DNA of 64,000 nucleotides, from assembly GCA_951406725.2 (NCBI GenBank), contig OX597840.1, forward strand, positions 28,024,001-28,088,000, given 5' to 3'. How positions within the stretch are numbered: the stretch's first letter is position 1; each line of letters starts with the position of its first letter. This document shows positions 15,010-29,786 of the stretch, piece by piece. The stretch comes from Octopus vulgaris. Its lineage: Eukaryota. Made by a program: the position numbers and the translations under genes. The notes below the pieces were generated by a model. The model saw only the letters and a list, made by a program, of their open reading frames with translations. It was not told the DNA's origin and ran no database searches.

Positions 15010-17530
<2,521 letters not shown>

Positions 17531-17669
17531 CCGTAAAGTGATTCCATAGATCTACATATGCACGCCGAAAAAACAGAATACAAAAATGTACGAGAATATC
17601 GCATCGAGTTACAAAATTTTTGATTTTCCAAGGATTGTGCCATTTTTTTCTGTTATTGATTATTTCTCC

Positions 17670-17727
<58 letters not shown>

Positions 17728-17907
17728 GTATTTTTCATTGTGCGTTATAAACAGTCATATAATTTTGATTTCGTTAAAATTTAAACTCTTAAAATTCTTC
17801 CCCACCCGTTATCCTTTTCAAATAGATTAACGTTATTGACGTTATCGTCAATTTTAATATTATTATTATCATCATCATCATCATCATCATCATTATTATT
17901 ATTATTA

Positions 17908-17962
<55 letters not shown>

Positions 17963-17973
17963 GATTGCTATTA

Positions 17974-18199
17974 AGGCGGCGAGCTGGCAGAATCGTTAGC
18001 GCGTCGGGCGAAATGCTTCGCGGTGTTTCGCCTGTCTTTACGTTCTGAGTTCAAATTCCGCTGCGGTCGACTTTGCCTTTCCTCCTTTCGGAGTTGATTA
18101 AATAAGTACCAGTTACGCACTGGGTTCGATATAATCGACTTAATTGACGTTTGTCTGTCCTTGTTTGTCCCCTCTGCGTTTAGCTCCTTGTGGGTAAAG

Positions 18200-18203
<4 letters not shown>
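17974..18203 (+). mobile_element. SINE family A
   Basis: Full head, core and tail; preceded by (ATT)n-ttaa. Confidence 0.9.
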
Positions 18204-18265
<62 letters not shown>

Positions 18266-18279
18266 TATATATATATAAC

Positions 18280-18420
18280 GGGAAATTTTACGAAAATAAA
18301 CAAAAACGAAGGCAGGGGGAGTACAAACAAACAAATGTATTAGTATGGCGCTCAGGAATAGAAACAGAACAAGTCTTTTACGTTTCGAGCCTACGCTCTT
18401 CGACAGAAAGATACACAGAA
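18280..18420 (-). mobile_element. Short Penelope-like repeat with variant hammerhead motif (18374-18411)
   Basis: Minus strand TCTTT-CTGTCGA-A-GAGCgtagGCTC-GAAAC-GTA-AAAGA; homologous copies at 13800, 22030, 33930 and 54022. Confidence 0.7.
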
Positions 18421-18524
18421 AGGCGAAGTCGACCCCAGCGGAATTTGAACTCAGAACATGAAGACAGGCGAAGTACCGCTAAGCATTTCGCCCGGCGTGC
18501 TAACGATTCTGCTACCTCGCCGCC

Positions 18525-18527
<3 letters not shown>
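18421..18527 (-). mobile_element. SINE family A 5' half
   Basis: Reverse complement of the head and B-box; flanked by (TAA)n. Confidence 0.85.
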
Positions 18528-18579
<52 letters not shown>

Positions 18580-18867
18580 TAATAATAATATATGTGCATA
18601 CATACATACTTAAATACATGAATTCATACATGCATACATCGATTTATTGCGGTTGCTTTTCTGTGTTTGACAACATCCTGTACAACAGAGGTTTCCATAC
18701 TTGCCATATTTACAACTTCAACCGCTTGTCACAAATAATAAATCTTTTATTTATGACACACACATTCACACATATACCCCACCCGCCCACATACACGCGT
18801 ATGTATGTGTACATATATATGTGTGTATATATATATAGTTATGTATACATATGTATGTGTGTAAATA

Positions 18868-18912
<45 letters not shown>

Positions 18913-18914
<2 letters not shown>

Positions 18915-19309
18915 TCTTTTACTTGTTTCAGTCATGCTGCGGCCATGCTGGAGCACCGCCTTTAGTTGAGCAACTCGACCCCGGGACTTATTCTTTGTAA
19001 GCCCAGTACTTATTCTATCGGTATCTTTTTACCAAACCGCTAAGTAACGGGGACATAAACACACCAGCATCGGTTGTCAAGCAATGCTAGGGGGACAGAC
19101 ACAGACACACAAACATACATGCACACGTATATTTATATATACATATATACGACGGGCTTTCAGTTTCCGTGTACCAAATCCACTCACAAGGCTTTGGTCG
19201 GCCCGAGGCTATAGTAGAAGACACTTGCCCAAGGTGCCACGCAGTGGGACTGTACCCGGAACCATGTGGTTGGTAGGCAAGCTACTTACCACACAGCCAC
19301 TCCTGCACC
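18913..19309 (-). mobile_element. SINE family B (tRNA head, CORE-like segment, internal microsatellite; resembles octopus OR-type SINEs)
   Basis: ggagtggctgtgtggtaag A-box, B-box-like segment, ccttgggcaagtgtctt CORE-like, tail gactgaaacaagtaaaagagt. Confidence 0.9.
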
Positions 19310-19490
19310 TATATGTGTGTGTGTATGAAATACCTTCTGCATAATAACCTTATAACGCCCATTTCAAAGCTCTTTTACGGTTATCGGCTATCATATGCTA
19401 ACATACAGCAGGAATACTCCCTTGGTGAATACACATGTGAAAATCCATTAGTTTACGCAAAAATCATACGAAAACAAAATTTATAAACCC

Positions 19491-19685
19491 AGAAGATGGA
19501 CTGAACAGGCTTTAATCACAAACTAATGCGTGTTAGTTAGACCTATTAGTTGCTGGGTTTTCCAAATTATACATAATATTTATATCATATGCATAATATG
19601 CTAAAGTCAGGAAGGAATATGAGTAACTAATGTGCAGAAACAATTGTTGTCATTTGTGATTAAAGCCTGTTCAGTCCATCTTCTT
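19491..19685. repeat. Inverted repeat, about 31-bp perfect arms with about 130-bp spacer
   Basis: agaagatggactgaacaggctttaatcacaaa / tttgtgattaaagcctgttcagtccatcttct. Confidence 0.95.
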
Positions 19686-19695
19686 GTATTTTAAA

Positions 19696-19729
<34 letters not shown>

Positions 19730-19739
<10 letters not shown>

Positions 19740-19879
19740 TATAGAAGGAGCTTCTACAGGACTAGAACTGTTTCATTCAAGAGAAATCTTCAGGAAGCTA
19801 GTTCAACTAGCTTTCCTGAAGATTTCTCTTGAATGAAACAGTTCTAGTCCTGTAGAAGCTCCTTCTATATAATAAATTA
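19730..19879. repeat. Near-perfect palindrome of about 150 bp
   Basis: Arms mirror around gttcaac at about 19804. Confidence 0.95.
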
Positions 19880-19943
19880 ATTTTACTCTACTATGTATTG
19901 AGTACCTTATTTACTGTGGTTAACCCCGAATCAACCCGGGACC

Positions 19944-19990
<47 letters not shown>

Positions 19991-19991
<1 letters not shown>

Positions 19992-20246
19992 ACCACCACA
20001 AAAACACCACAAGACCGTGGCCGTTGCCAGTACCGCCTGACAGGCCCTCGTGCCGGTGGCACCTAAAAGCGCCCACTACATTCTCGGAGTGGTTGGCGTT
20101 AGGAAGGGCATCCAGCTGTAGAAACTCTGCCAGATCAGATTGGAGCCTGGTGCAGCCATCTGGTTCGCCAGTCCTCAGTCAAATCGTCCAACCCATACTA
20201 GCATGGAAAGCGGACGTTAAACGATGGTGATGATGATGATGATGAT
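19991..20246 (+). mobile_element. 3' part of a third SINE or RTE-related repeat with (GAT)n tail
   Basis: ggttggcgttaggaagggcatccagctgtagaaac motif recalled from RTE-associated repeats; ends gacgttaaacgatggtgatgatg. Confidence 0.6.
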
Positions 20247-20262
20247 ATATATATATATGTAT

Positions 20263-20397
20263 TGGCTGTGTGGTAAGTAGCTTGCTTACCAACCACATGG
20301 TTCAGGGTTCAGTCCCACTGCGTGGCACCTTGGGCAAGTGTCTTCTACTAAAGCCTTGTGAGTGGATTTGGTACACGGAAACTGAAAGAAACCCGTC

Positions 20398-20468
<71 letters not shown>

Positions 20469-20664
20469 TCCCCCCAACATCGCTTGACAACCGATGCTGG
20501 TGTGTTTACGCCCCCGTGACTTAGCGGTTCGGCAAAAGAAACCGATAGAAATAAGTACTAGGCTTACAAAGAATAAGTCCCGGGGTCGATTTGCTCGACT
20601 TAAAGGCTGTGCTCCAGCATGGCCGCAGTCAAAATGACTGAAACAAGTAAAAGCGTAAAAGAGT
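20263..20664 (+). mobile_element. SINE family B
   Basis: Head, (TA)n(TG)n, body and aaaagagt tail. Confidence 0.9.
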
Positions 20665-20904
20665 ATTAATATTTAAGAACAAAACAAACATTAAAAAAAC
20701 TGAATTCGGAGCCCGAAATAAAATAAAATGAAAACAAAAGAAATGGTGACGGCCATTTGCAATTTGTTGGGCGAGTGAAGTATTTTATGGAGAAAATAAA
20801 AGCGCAACATGTTTGGAGATGTTGTCAAGCTGGGAAAGGAGAGAGTCGTTAAAGAAGGCAAATAATTGCAAACGGATAAAGTCGCGTATAACGGTGACGC
20901 CAGC

Positions 20905-21194
20905 GGTTGTTGTTAGTGGTGGTGGTTGTGGTGGTTGTGGTGGTAGTGGTGGTTTGTGTAGTGGTGGTGATCGGTGTGGTGATAGTTGTGGTGGTGGTGG
21001 TGGTGGTGGTAGTTGTGGTTGTGGTGGTGGTGGTGGTGGTGGTGGTAGTGGTGGTGGTGGTAGTGGTGGTGGTGGTTGTGGTGGTAGTGGTGGAGGTGGT
21101 GTTGGTGTTGGTGGTGGTGGTGATAGTTGTGGTGGTGGTTGTAGTGGTGGTGATAGTTGTGGAGGTTGTAGTGCTGGTGAAAGTTCTTGTGGTG

Positions 21195-21226
<32 letters not shown>

Positions 21227-21500
21227 GGAGGAGATGGTGGTGGTGGTTGTGGTTTTTGTGGCGGTGGTGGTTGTGGCGGTGGTTGTGGTGATGGTGGTCG
21301 TGGAGGTGGTGGTGGTTGTAGTGGTGGTGGTTGTGGTGATGGTAGTCATTGCTGTGGTGCTGGTAGTTGTGGTGGTGGTGGTTTTGGTATGGTGGTGGTG
21401 GCGGTGGTGGAGGTGGTGGTGATGATGATAATGACTGGTGGTGGTGGGTGGTGCGTGGTGGTGCGTGGTGCGTGGTGGTGGTCGTGGTCGTGTTGGCTAT
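20905..21500. repeat. Degenerate (GGT)n
   Basis: Seen directly. Confidence 0.95.
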
Positions 21501-21586
21501 GATTACTATTGTAGTAGTGGTTGTGATGGTATGGTGAGGGCACTTGAAGGTGAGCTGCGTCAGTGCTAAGACGAGCTTAAAGATCG

Positions 21587-21624
<38 letters not shown>

Positions 21625-22029
21625 GGGGACAGACAGAAGCTTAAAGAAAGAGAGTGTGTGTGCGTGTTACACCCTAAATTACATATATATATAGAGAGAG
21701 AGAAAGAGAGGGGAGAGCGGGAGAGAGGAGGAGGGAGAGAGACTTTAAGGCACGTCTCTTGAAACTTTCATTTTTATCGACGCACCGTATAAAGGTTTGT
21801 TGATTTATGGAGCAAGCTAAAGAAATAGAAAGGTCGTCAGAAATCCTAAAGAGCCGAGCAATGCACACAGCATAAGGACTACAAGAAAAAAGGTGAAGAG
21901 ACAGACAGACAGAGGAGCCGATGATGCGAGCCACTAGCTGCTCGTTCGGTTCACTAGAAATAGCAGTCAGTTGTCCCTCCGCCTTAGAGAAGTCGTTAGG
22001 ACAGAGTATATATAGATACATACACATTT

Positions 22030-22620
22030 TCTTTCTCTGCTTGTTTTTTTCTGTGTACCTCTCTGTAGAAGAGCGTAGGCTCGAAATGTAAACGACTTTG
22101 TCTATTCCTGAACGTTATACTAATACATCCGTTTGTTTTGTACACCACCTATTTCTTTACTACCCACAAGGGGCTAAACACAGAGGGGACAAACAAGGAC
22201 AGACATAGGTATTCCGTCAATTACATCGACCCAGTGCGTAACTGGTACTTAATTTATCGACCCCGAAAGATGAAAGGCAAAGTCGACCTCGGTGGAATTT
22301 GAACTCAGAACATAAAAACAGACGAAATACCTATTTCTTTACTACCCACAAGGGGCTAAACACAGAGAGGACAAACAAGGACAGACATAGGTATTAAACC
22401 GATTACATCGAACCTAGTGCGTAACTGGTACTTAATTTATCGACCTCGAAAGGTTGAAAGGCAAAGTAGACCTTGGCGGAATTTGAACTCACAACGTAAC
22501 GGCTGACGAAATACCGCTAAGCATTTCGCCCGGCGCGCTAACGATACTGCCAGCTCGCCGCCTTAGTTTTGTACACCACCTGTCTTCGTCTTTTTTTTTT
22601 TTTTTTGTAAACTCTCCTAT
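22030..22620 (+). mobile_element. Short Penelope-like repeat (variant hammerhead 22058-22095) interrupted by a SINE
   Basis: CTGTAGA-A-GAGCgtagGCTC-GAAAT-GTA; sequence resumes after the SINE and ends aactctcc(TA)n. Confidence 0.7.
22151..22565 (-). mobile_element. SINE family A dimer (head plus two bodies) with 16-bp TSD
   Basis: gttttgtacaccacct at 22135-22150 and 22566-22581. Confidence 0.92.
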
Positions 22621-23726
22621 ATATAGGTACAGGCTTGTAGATACATGCTTTCAAGTTCAGTTCCAACGCGCGGTCTGCTATAATGAAGGCGCCTGGATTA
22701 GCAACCCCTCGTGTGTGTGTGTGTGTGTTGAACTGGTGACCTTGCGGTGCTTGTTCCGATTATGTACGTCCTGAGTTCAAACCCTACCATAACCTATTTG
22801 GTTGATATACTGGACCTGTCGTCCAGTTTAACACCACCACCAGGCACCTTACTTATTTAAGCTCCATAACCCCTATGGCGCTTGAGCCCTCGACCAGTTT
22901 CCTCAAATGCTCATGTCTCAGGGAATCTTTTCTACTAGCCTCCGGTTCGATCCCTGCTCCATCCCTTCAGATTTCCTTGCACCCCTGGTATGTCTCCCTA
23001 AAATAAGGCCTTCTGTTCCCAAGTCTTGTTCCTTTCGAATTATCATTGGTGCTTTTGTAACTTTGCTTTGCTTTTATTTTATCTATGTAGGAGCCCTTCT
23101 TTCCCAACTCTGCCTGAGTATTCCGTAATGGATCAATGATATTTGTTTGGCCCGGTAAGCCCTTCGTTCCGTATCGTGTAAAAAAAACCATCGACGGCTA
23201 TTTTCCACTCTTCTTGTCTTCCGGCTATCTCTTCTGTTTCGCGCCTATTCGATCCTTGCTGTTTTGTTTTAAGGGGTGGGGCAGTTCTATCTCAGTATTC
23301 CCCGACGGAAAGCCTTCCTCCCACAGATTGAGTTGTTTTCGAATTGCGATCAATAGACGCAGGCGTGGCTGTGTGGTAAGTTGATGGACTTATAAGCGTC
23401 AGGTAGAAAGATACCAGAGGAGAAAAAGCACAAAACACCTAGATAGCAGCTTAACCTTACATAACATGCATTCGATGTATCTTTTGAAACATATGTAATA
23501 CGTAACTACCTACAGGATTCCCTTCAGCCAACACACACAGACACACAGACACGTATACATACACACATATAGATGTACAGGTACACTGTATACATTCATA
23601 CCTATAAGAACTGGAATCGATCTGATGGACCAAAGATAAAAATAAAACAATGCCTGGACACGTGATGTCCCAGCATCCTGAAACGGCCGTCGCGCACTGC
23701 AGACAAAACCAAAGAAATGACAAAAA

Positions 23727-23737
23727 CCTACTACTAT

Positions 23738-23802
<65 letters not shown>

Positions 23803-24290
23803 TTACGACTACTACTACTACTACCACTACAACCACTACCGCAAGCGCTATTATTACAACCACCACGACTACTACTACCAAGTCCACCACGACCAACACC
23901 ACTACTACTGCTACAACTACCATTACTATAACTATTACTACAGCCACCACCACAACTATTACCACCACCACCACTAATACTACTACTACTACTACGACTT
24001 CCACGACCACCACCTCAGCTACCATTACCACTACTACTACTACAACCACCACCAACACTACTACGTCCCTACCATTATAATTACTACTAGTACTACCACC
24101 ACTACAACTACTACTAACACCACCACCACCACTGCTACTACTACTACTACTACTATTACTATAACTATCGCCACCACCACCATCACCACAACTACCACTA
24201 TTACTACTACTATCACCATCACCACCACCACTACTAATACTACCACCACCACCACCACCACCACCACCACCACCACCGCTACTGCTACAG
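23727..24290. repeat. (CTA/CCA)n
   Basis: Seen directly. Confidence 0.95.
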
Positions 24291-24529
24291 TGACATGTCT
24301 CGCGACATCTATATTAAGATGAATGTCCGCGGCAGAGAGGGGAGCGGGGACGGGGGACGGGGGACGGGGCTTTTATTTTTATTGTGAAATCAACGATTTG
24401 AACTGTCAAAGAATTTGTTTGATCAACGCTTAAGACTCATCATTTCCACCCATCCACCCACCCACCCCTTGTCCACCCGGGACGGGGGGGGACGAGGAGA
24501 CGGTAGGGGTGGCGGTGTAGAAAATGGAC

Positions 24530-26132
24530 AGTGATGTTGTTGGTGTTGGTGGTGGTGGTGGGTCGTTGTCGTCGTTATGGTGATAATGAGTGATGGTGGT
24601 GTTGGTGGTGGTGGTGGTAATACTAATGGTGTATGTTGTCGATGTTGGTGATGATGATGATGGTGGTGATGATAGTGATGATGATGATACCGTACGTCTT
24701 GACAGTGATGGTCGCTGATGTGAATATTAGAGGTGTTGATGCTTGTAGTGGTGGTGGTGGTGGTGGTGGTGGTAGTAGTGGTGGTGGTAGTGGTGGTGAT
24801 GGTGGTATTGGTGGTGGTGGTGGTGGTGGTGATGGGTGGTGGTGGTGGTGATAGTGGTGGTGGTGGTGATGGGTGGTGGTGGTGGTGATAGTGGTGGTGG
24901 TGGTGATAGTGGTGGTGGTGGTAGTGGTGGTGGTGGTGGTGGTGGTGGTGGTGGTGGTGGTGGTGGTGGTGGTGGTGGTGGTGGTGGTGGTGGTGGTGGT
25001 GGTGGTGGTGGTGGTAGTGGTGGTGGTGATAGTGGTGGTGGTGGTGATGGGTGGTGGTAGTGGTGGTGGTAGTGGTGGTGGTGATGGGTGGTGGTGGTGG
25101 TGATAGTGGTGGTGGTGGTAGTGGTGGTGGTGGTGGTGGTGGTGATGGTGGTGGTGGTGGTGGTGATAGTGGTGGTGGTGGTGATGTGGTGGTGGTGGTG
25201 GTGGTGATGGTGGTGGTGGGCAGATTCTAATAGTAGATGAGATAGTACCTGTGATATCCTACTTTTTCTTCTTCTCCTCCCCTTCTGCTTCTTCGCCTCT
25301 TCCTTTTCTTTCTCCTTCCTCTTTCTTTTCCTTCTTCCTTCTTCTCCTTCCTCTCCTTCCTCTTCTACTTCTTTTTATTTTCCTCTTCCTCCCATCCCCT
25401 TTTCTTTTTCTCTTCTTTTTCACCCTTTCCTTCCTCTTCTTCTCGTACACTTCTCTCCTTTCTCCTTCCTCTTCTCCTTCATTTCCTTCTCCTTCTCCTC
25501 CATCACCTCCTCCTCTCTTCCTCCATGTTCTTCTTCTCCTCCCTCTTCTTCTTCTCCTCCCCTTCTCCTCTATCATTTTATCCTCTCCCTCCCCTCCATC
25601 GTATCACAGTTTGTATTATAATTGCTGTTGCCGGTAATGGCGATGGTGGTGGGGGTAGTGGTGGCGGTAGTGGTAGTGGTGGCGGTAATAGTGGCGGTAG
25701 TGGTGGTGGTGGTGGTGGTGGTTGTGGTTGTGATGGTGGTGACGGTGATGGTGGTGTTGGTAGTGGTGGCGGCGGCGGCGGCGGTGATGTTGGTGTTGTT
25801 GTTGGTGGTGGTATTGGCGGTGGTGGCGGTAGTGGTGGTGATGCTGCTGGCGGCGGCGGTAGTGGTGGTGGCGGTGGTAGTAGTGGCGGTTGTAGTAGTA
25901 ACGGTTGTAGTAGTAGCGGTGGTGGTGGTGGTGTTGGCGGTGGTAGTAGTGGCGTTGTTAGTTGTGGCGGTGGTGGTGGTGGTAGTAGTGGCGGTGGTAG
26001 TAGTGGCGGTGGTAGTAGTGGCGTTGGTAGTAGTGGCGATGGTGGTGGTTGCGATGGTGGTGGTGGTGGCGGTGGTAGTAGTGGCGGTGGTAGTAGTAGC
26101 GGTGGTAGTGGTGGCGGTGGTAGTAGTGGCGG
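24530..26132. repeat. (GGT)n tract 24530-25220, pyrimidine-rich (CTT/CCT)n tract 25260-25600, (GGT/GGC/AGT)n tract 25630-26132
   Basis: Seen directly. Confidence 0.95.
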
Positions 26133-27159
26133 CTGCATCGTGATGACGTCGAGGAGAGGAGGGGGCAGCACATATATATTTTGGGAAGACGCTAAACGGC
26201 CGCACCCCACCGTCCCCCCGTCTCCCCCCGTCCCCCGTCTCCCCCCGTCCTCCCGTCTCCCCCCGTCCCCCCACCTCCGGCCCTCGATAAAACTATCAAC
26301 TTTTTATTTTCTTTACATATGTCTTCTTTTCTTCTCTTGACAACGAACATATTATGGCGACAAACACACCACCGCCGCCACCACCACCACCACCACCACC
26401 ACCGCCACAACCACCGCATCACGCCCCCTTCCCTTTAATCCTTAGCCCTTCCCACCCCCCTTTCTTTCTCCCCCCACCACCACCACCACGACCCCTTCCC
26501 CGTTTAAATGCCTGCCTTTTCCATCACCAAAATCCTTAAGTATTTTGTCTCTTTATTTCTTTATACATCTTTTATTATAGTTTTTGTTTCAATATATTCC
26601 GACGTGCCCTTCCCCCACCAATGGCACGCCGCCCGCCCGCCCGCCCGCCCGCCTGTTTCCCCCTTGCTCGCCCACCCATCCGCCTGACCTACCGACCGAC
26701 CGACCAACCATCCTCTTGTTCGTTCGTTCGTTCGTTCGTTCGTTCGCTCGTTCGCCCCCATCCCCTACTTCCCTACAATTGTCCCCCCTTTAGTCCGCCC
26801 CCCCCAACCTTCGGTCTCGTTATGAGTCGCTGCTGTCGACCCCCATAAAGCGATGTTGCTGATAAAGACGCCATATTATCGCGCTATTGTTAAATGAGTC
26901 AGTAAACCGTTATAAGCGCTTCCATAATCATTCTGTGATGCCGTCGTGTCTTCGCTGACTTTTAATATACTCTCTGAGGAACTAACTCTTGCTTTTTCTG
27001 AAGAGGAAAGGACATCGGTTGAGACGGAAGGGGAAGAGAATGGAAGTGTAAATAACGCAAACGGATGAAGACAAAAAACATTGACTATAAGTGTCAGGGT
27101 AGACTTGTTCTCATCACCTCATGTACAATAAGGTACACGCAAACACATATATATATATA

Positions 27160-27226
<67 letters not shown>

Positions 27227-27310
27227 TTATATATGTATATATATGACCTCGTGTGTACCGTTGGCGATTTTTTTTCCTCTGTCTTTCCTTCTCTGGATCT
27301 TTCCTTCTAT

Positions 27311-27345
27311 GTTTCCGACGAAGAGCTCCGCTCGAAACGTTAAAC
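27311..27345 (+). ncRNA. Variant minimal hammerhead-like motif (core CCGACGA)
   Basis: GTTT-CCGACGA-A-GAGCtccGCTC-GAAAC-GTT-AAAC; lies in a short repeat (about 27250-27445) that ends at (TA)n. Confidence 0.65.
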
Positions 27346-27441
27346 CGTCCTTCTTTCCGTCTTTCTTGAGCGTCCAATAATACTTTATTTGTTCCACGTC
27401 CTCGCGTTGTTGTGTTTTTTTTTGTGCTTTCTTGTTTGGAT

Positions 27442-27476
<35 letters not shown>

Positions 27477-27506
27477 GCGAGAATGAAGCAACAAGAATGG
27501 ATAGGT

Positions 27507-27597
27507 TTTTAGTACAATCGTTTCATACAAGGACAGGTTTTATTAAAAGTTGCAAAGATTACAGCATATAAACGTGTCCCGTACTCATCAGCTAAAA
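27507..27597 (-). ncRNA. Type I hammerhead ribozyme with extended stem II
   Basis: Minus strand TTTTAG-CTGATGA-GTACGGGACACGTTT...AAACCTGTCCTTGTAT-GAAAC-GATT-GTA-CTAAAA: 6-bp stem I, canonical core, GUA. Confidence 0.85.
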
Positions 27598-28183
27598 TAC
27601 ATGTGAGTTCTCTAGACATCCTAGTGGTTGAGGCTATACTCATGAAGTAATGTAGATAATTAAGTAACATAAACAGATTTCAAAAGTTCATTAAAGTTCT
27701 TTAAAGATGATGTACAGTCTTATCACAGAATTTTAAAAAAGTCTTAATAGCATCACAGAGAAGGTGACCCAATCCATAGTGCACATATGAATTTCCAGAG
27801 ATATGATGAGGGATTACATACTCACAGAAGGCAAATTTATCCATTGTTAATTACAACGAGGTGGGTTTCAATTCCTGCTTATTAGCATTACAGAGAGGGT
27901 GAATTAATCCTTTGTATAGATGCACAATTTCCAATGGTGTAGGTGTAAATTTCCAAGGAATTTCATATTCACAGGCGATAAATTTATCAATGGTTGAACA
28001 CAATGAGGTAGGTATCAATTCTTGCTATATGATTAGGTATTTGCCACATTAATCACATTACTGCTATTTACAAGAGGCTGTAGCTATTTAACTTTTAAAG
28101 GCTGAAGGGCTTACTGGAGCTGTATAGAATAGAAAAGGGAGGGGCATAGAAGAAAAGAGAGAAAATAAAAGAAAGAAAATAAA

Positions 28184-28245
<62 letters not shown>

Positions 28246-28458
28246 TCCGGCATCTCGTCAGTTATCGATAATTGACATGGTGGTGGAGCAGTTTTCCTCC
28301 CCGACATCCGAAACTTGGAGTCTTATTATGGCAACCGAATAATTGTTACCTATTATATTACAGATAAATTCCCCTATTTACTTAATACCGAGGTCTCTTT
28401 CATTCTTTTGTTGTCTTACCATTACTATTATTATTATTAATGACAATAATAATAATAA

Positions 28459-28761
28459 GACTCTGCACTATCACCCATGACTCTAGTAACACAGGAATGG
28501 ATAACTAAAAATTTTCACGATCACATAACCCCTAGTATTTGACCTCCTAATTCCCCATATCTCAATCCATTGGACTATTACATCGAGAGCGTTTTGGGGA
28601 GAGAGGTTAATGAACATGCCCATAACACCAAAGATTTTTTGAAAGCTGCCATAATCAGGATAATGTCCAAAATGAACCAGGACCACTGGATTCGAGCATG
28701 TAGATGATTTAGATCTCATACAGCAGCAGTTATTGAAGCTGTGGTTGGTTTTATTGAATAA
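28459..28761 (+). pseudogene. Tc1/mariner-superfamily DD37D (maT-type) transposase C-terminal fragment
   Basis: DSALSPMTLVTQEWITKNFHDHITPSI*PPNSPYLNPLDYY...IRACR*FRSHTAAVIEAVVGFIE*: 37 residues between the last two Asp, WPPNSPDLNPLD-like motif, two premature stops. Confidence 0.85.
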
Positions 28762-28828
28762 CATTATAGAAAAGAAGCTTCGAAATTTCCCCAGGTTCAA
28801 AATTTCCCCAGGTTCAAAATTTCCCCAA

Positions 28829-28874
28829 GACACCTGATGAAGGCTGGAGGGTATATCAGCCGAAACGTTGTGTT
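28829..28874 (+). ncRNA. Minimal hammerhead ribozyme with loopless palindromic stem III
   Basis: GACAC-CTGATGA-A-GGCTGgagggtatatCAGCC-GAAAC-GTT-GTGTT. Confidence 0.8.
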
Positions 28875-29380
28875 AACAACAAACAAGATGAGAACAAAGG
28901 TTCATTTTTATCAATAAAGATATCATTTTTATCATATAATGATATGTAAATGTAAGATCCAAGGATCAAGGTGTAGGAAGCTAGTAAGCTTCGAGAAATC
29001 CGTAGAAGTTACACAAAGCATCTTTCAGGAACAATAATAGGTTACTGTCCTAGAAGGTTGTAGGTTTTCGCCATATAAACCGAAAAATATTATTTTATAG
29101 TTATCGCCATACTAATATGGCATTCTTAAAAATAAGAATAAAGCTGTCGCTGATTAGCTCCATGAAGCCATCGCCTCAAGCTAGCTACTTGACACACAAA
29201 CTGCGTCCGTTATTAAACCTTCGAACAGGGGAGGTCAGCCGCTTCAACCTGCTAGTCCGACAGCTACAGACATGTTTCAGGGTTGTTGCGCCTTCTCAAT
29301 AGTTCACGGTCAGGAACTAGGATTACTATGAATGCGAATGAAAAATCCAAATTGAGGCAATGAAGCAGATAAAATACAGT

Positions 29381-29590
29381 CTCTCTTTACTCTTTTACTC
29401 TTTTACTTGTTTCAGTCATTTGACTGCAGCCATGCTGGAGCACCACCTTTTAGTCGAGGAAATTGTAAGCCTAGTACTTATTCTATCGGTCTCTTTTTCC
29501 GAACCAATAGGTTACGGGGACGTAAACACACCACCATCTGTTGTCAAGCCATGCTGGGGGAACAAACACAAACACACACACACACACACA

Positions 29591-29621
<31 letters not shown>

Positions 29622-29786
29622 TACGACGGGCTTCTTTCAGTTTCCGTCCACCAAATCCACTCACAAGGCTTTGGTCAGCCCGAGGCTATAGTAGAAGACA
29701 CTTGCCCAAGGTGCCACGCAGTGGGACTAAACCCGGAACTATGTGGTTGGTAAGCAAGCTACTTACCACACAGCCACTCCTGCGCC
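29381..29786 (-). mobile_element. SINE family B
   Basis: Full-length, with repeated tail unit. Confidence 0.9.

Noticed and set aside
21745-21756. taaggcacg, matching the 5' end of miR-124
   Set aside because: The match stops after 9 nt and there is no precursor hairpin; no other conserved miRNA was recognised
22900-23350. Purine-rich minus-strand stretch that may be an old LINE remnant
   Set aside because: No recognisable motif in any frame
29262-29302. Hammerhead-like TTGAGAA...GAAACATGTC (minus), and CCGACGA-ACGggaaCGT-GAAAC at 45170-45205
   Set aside because: Core or stem I is defective; counted only as degenerate relatives, not as features
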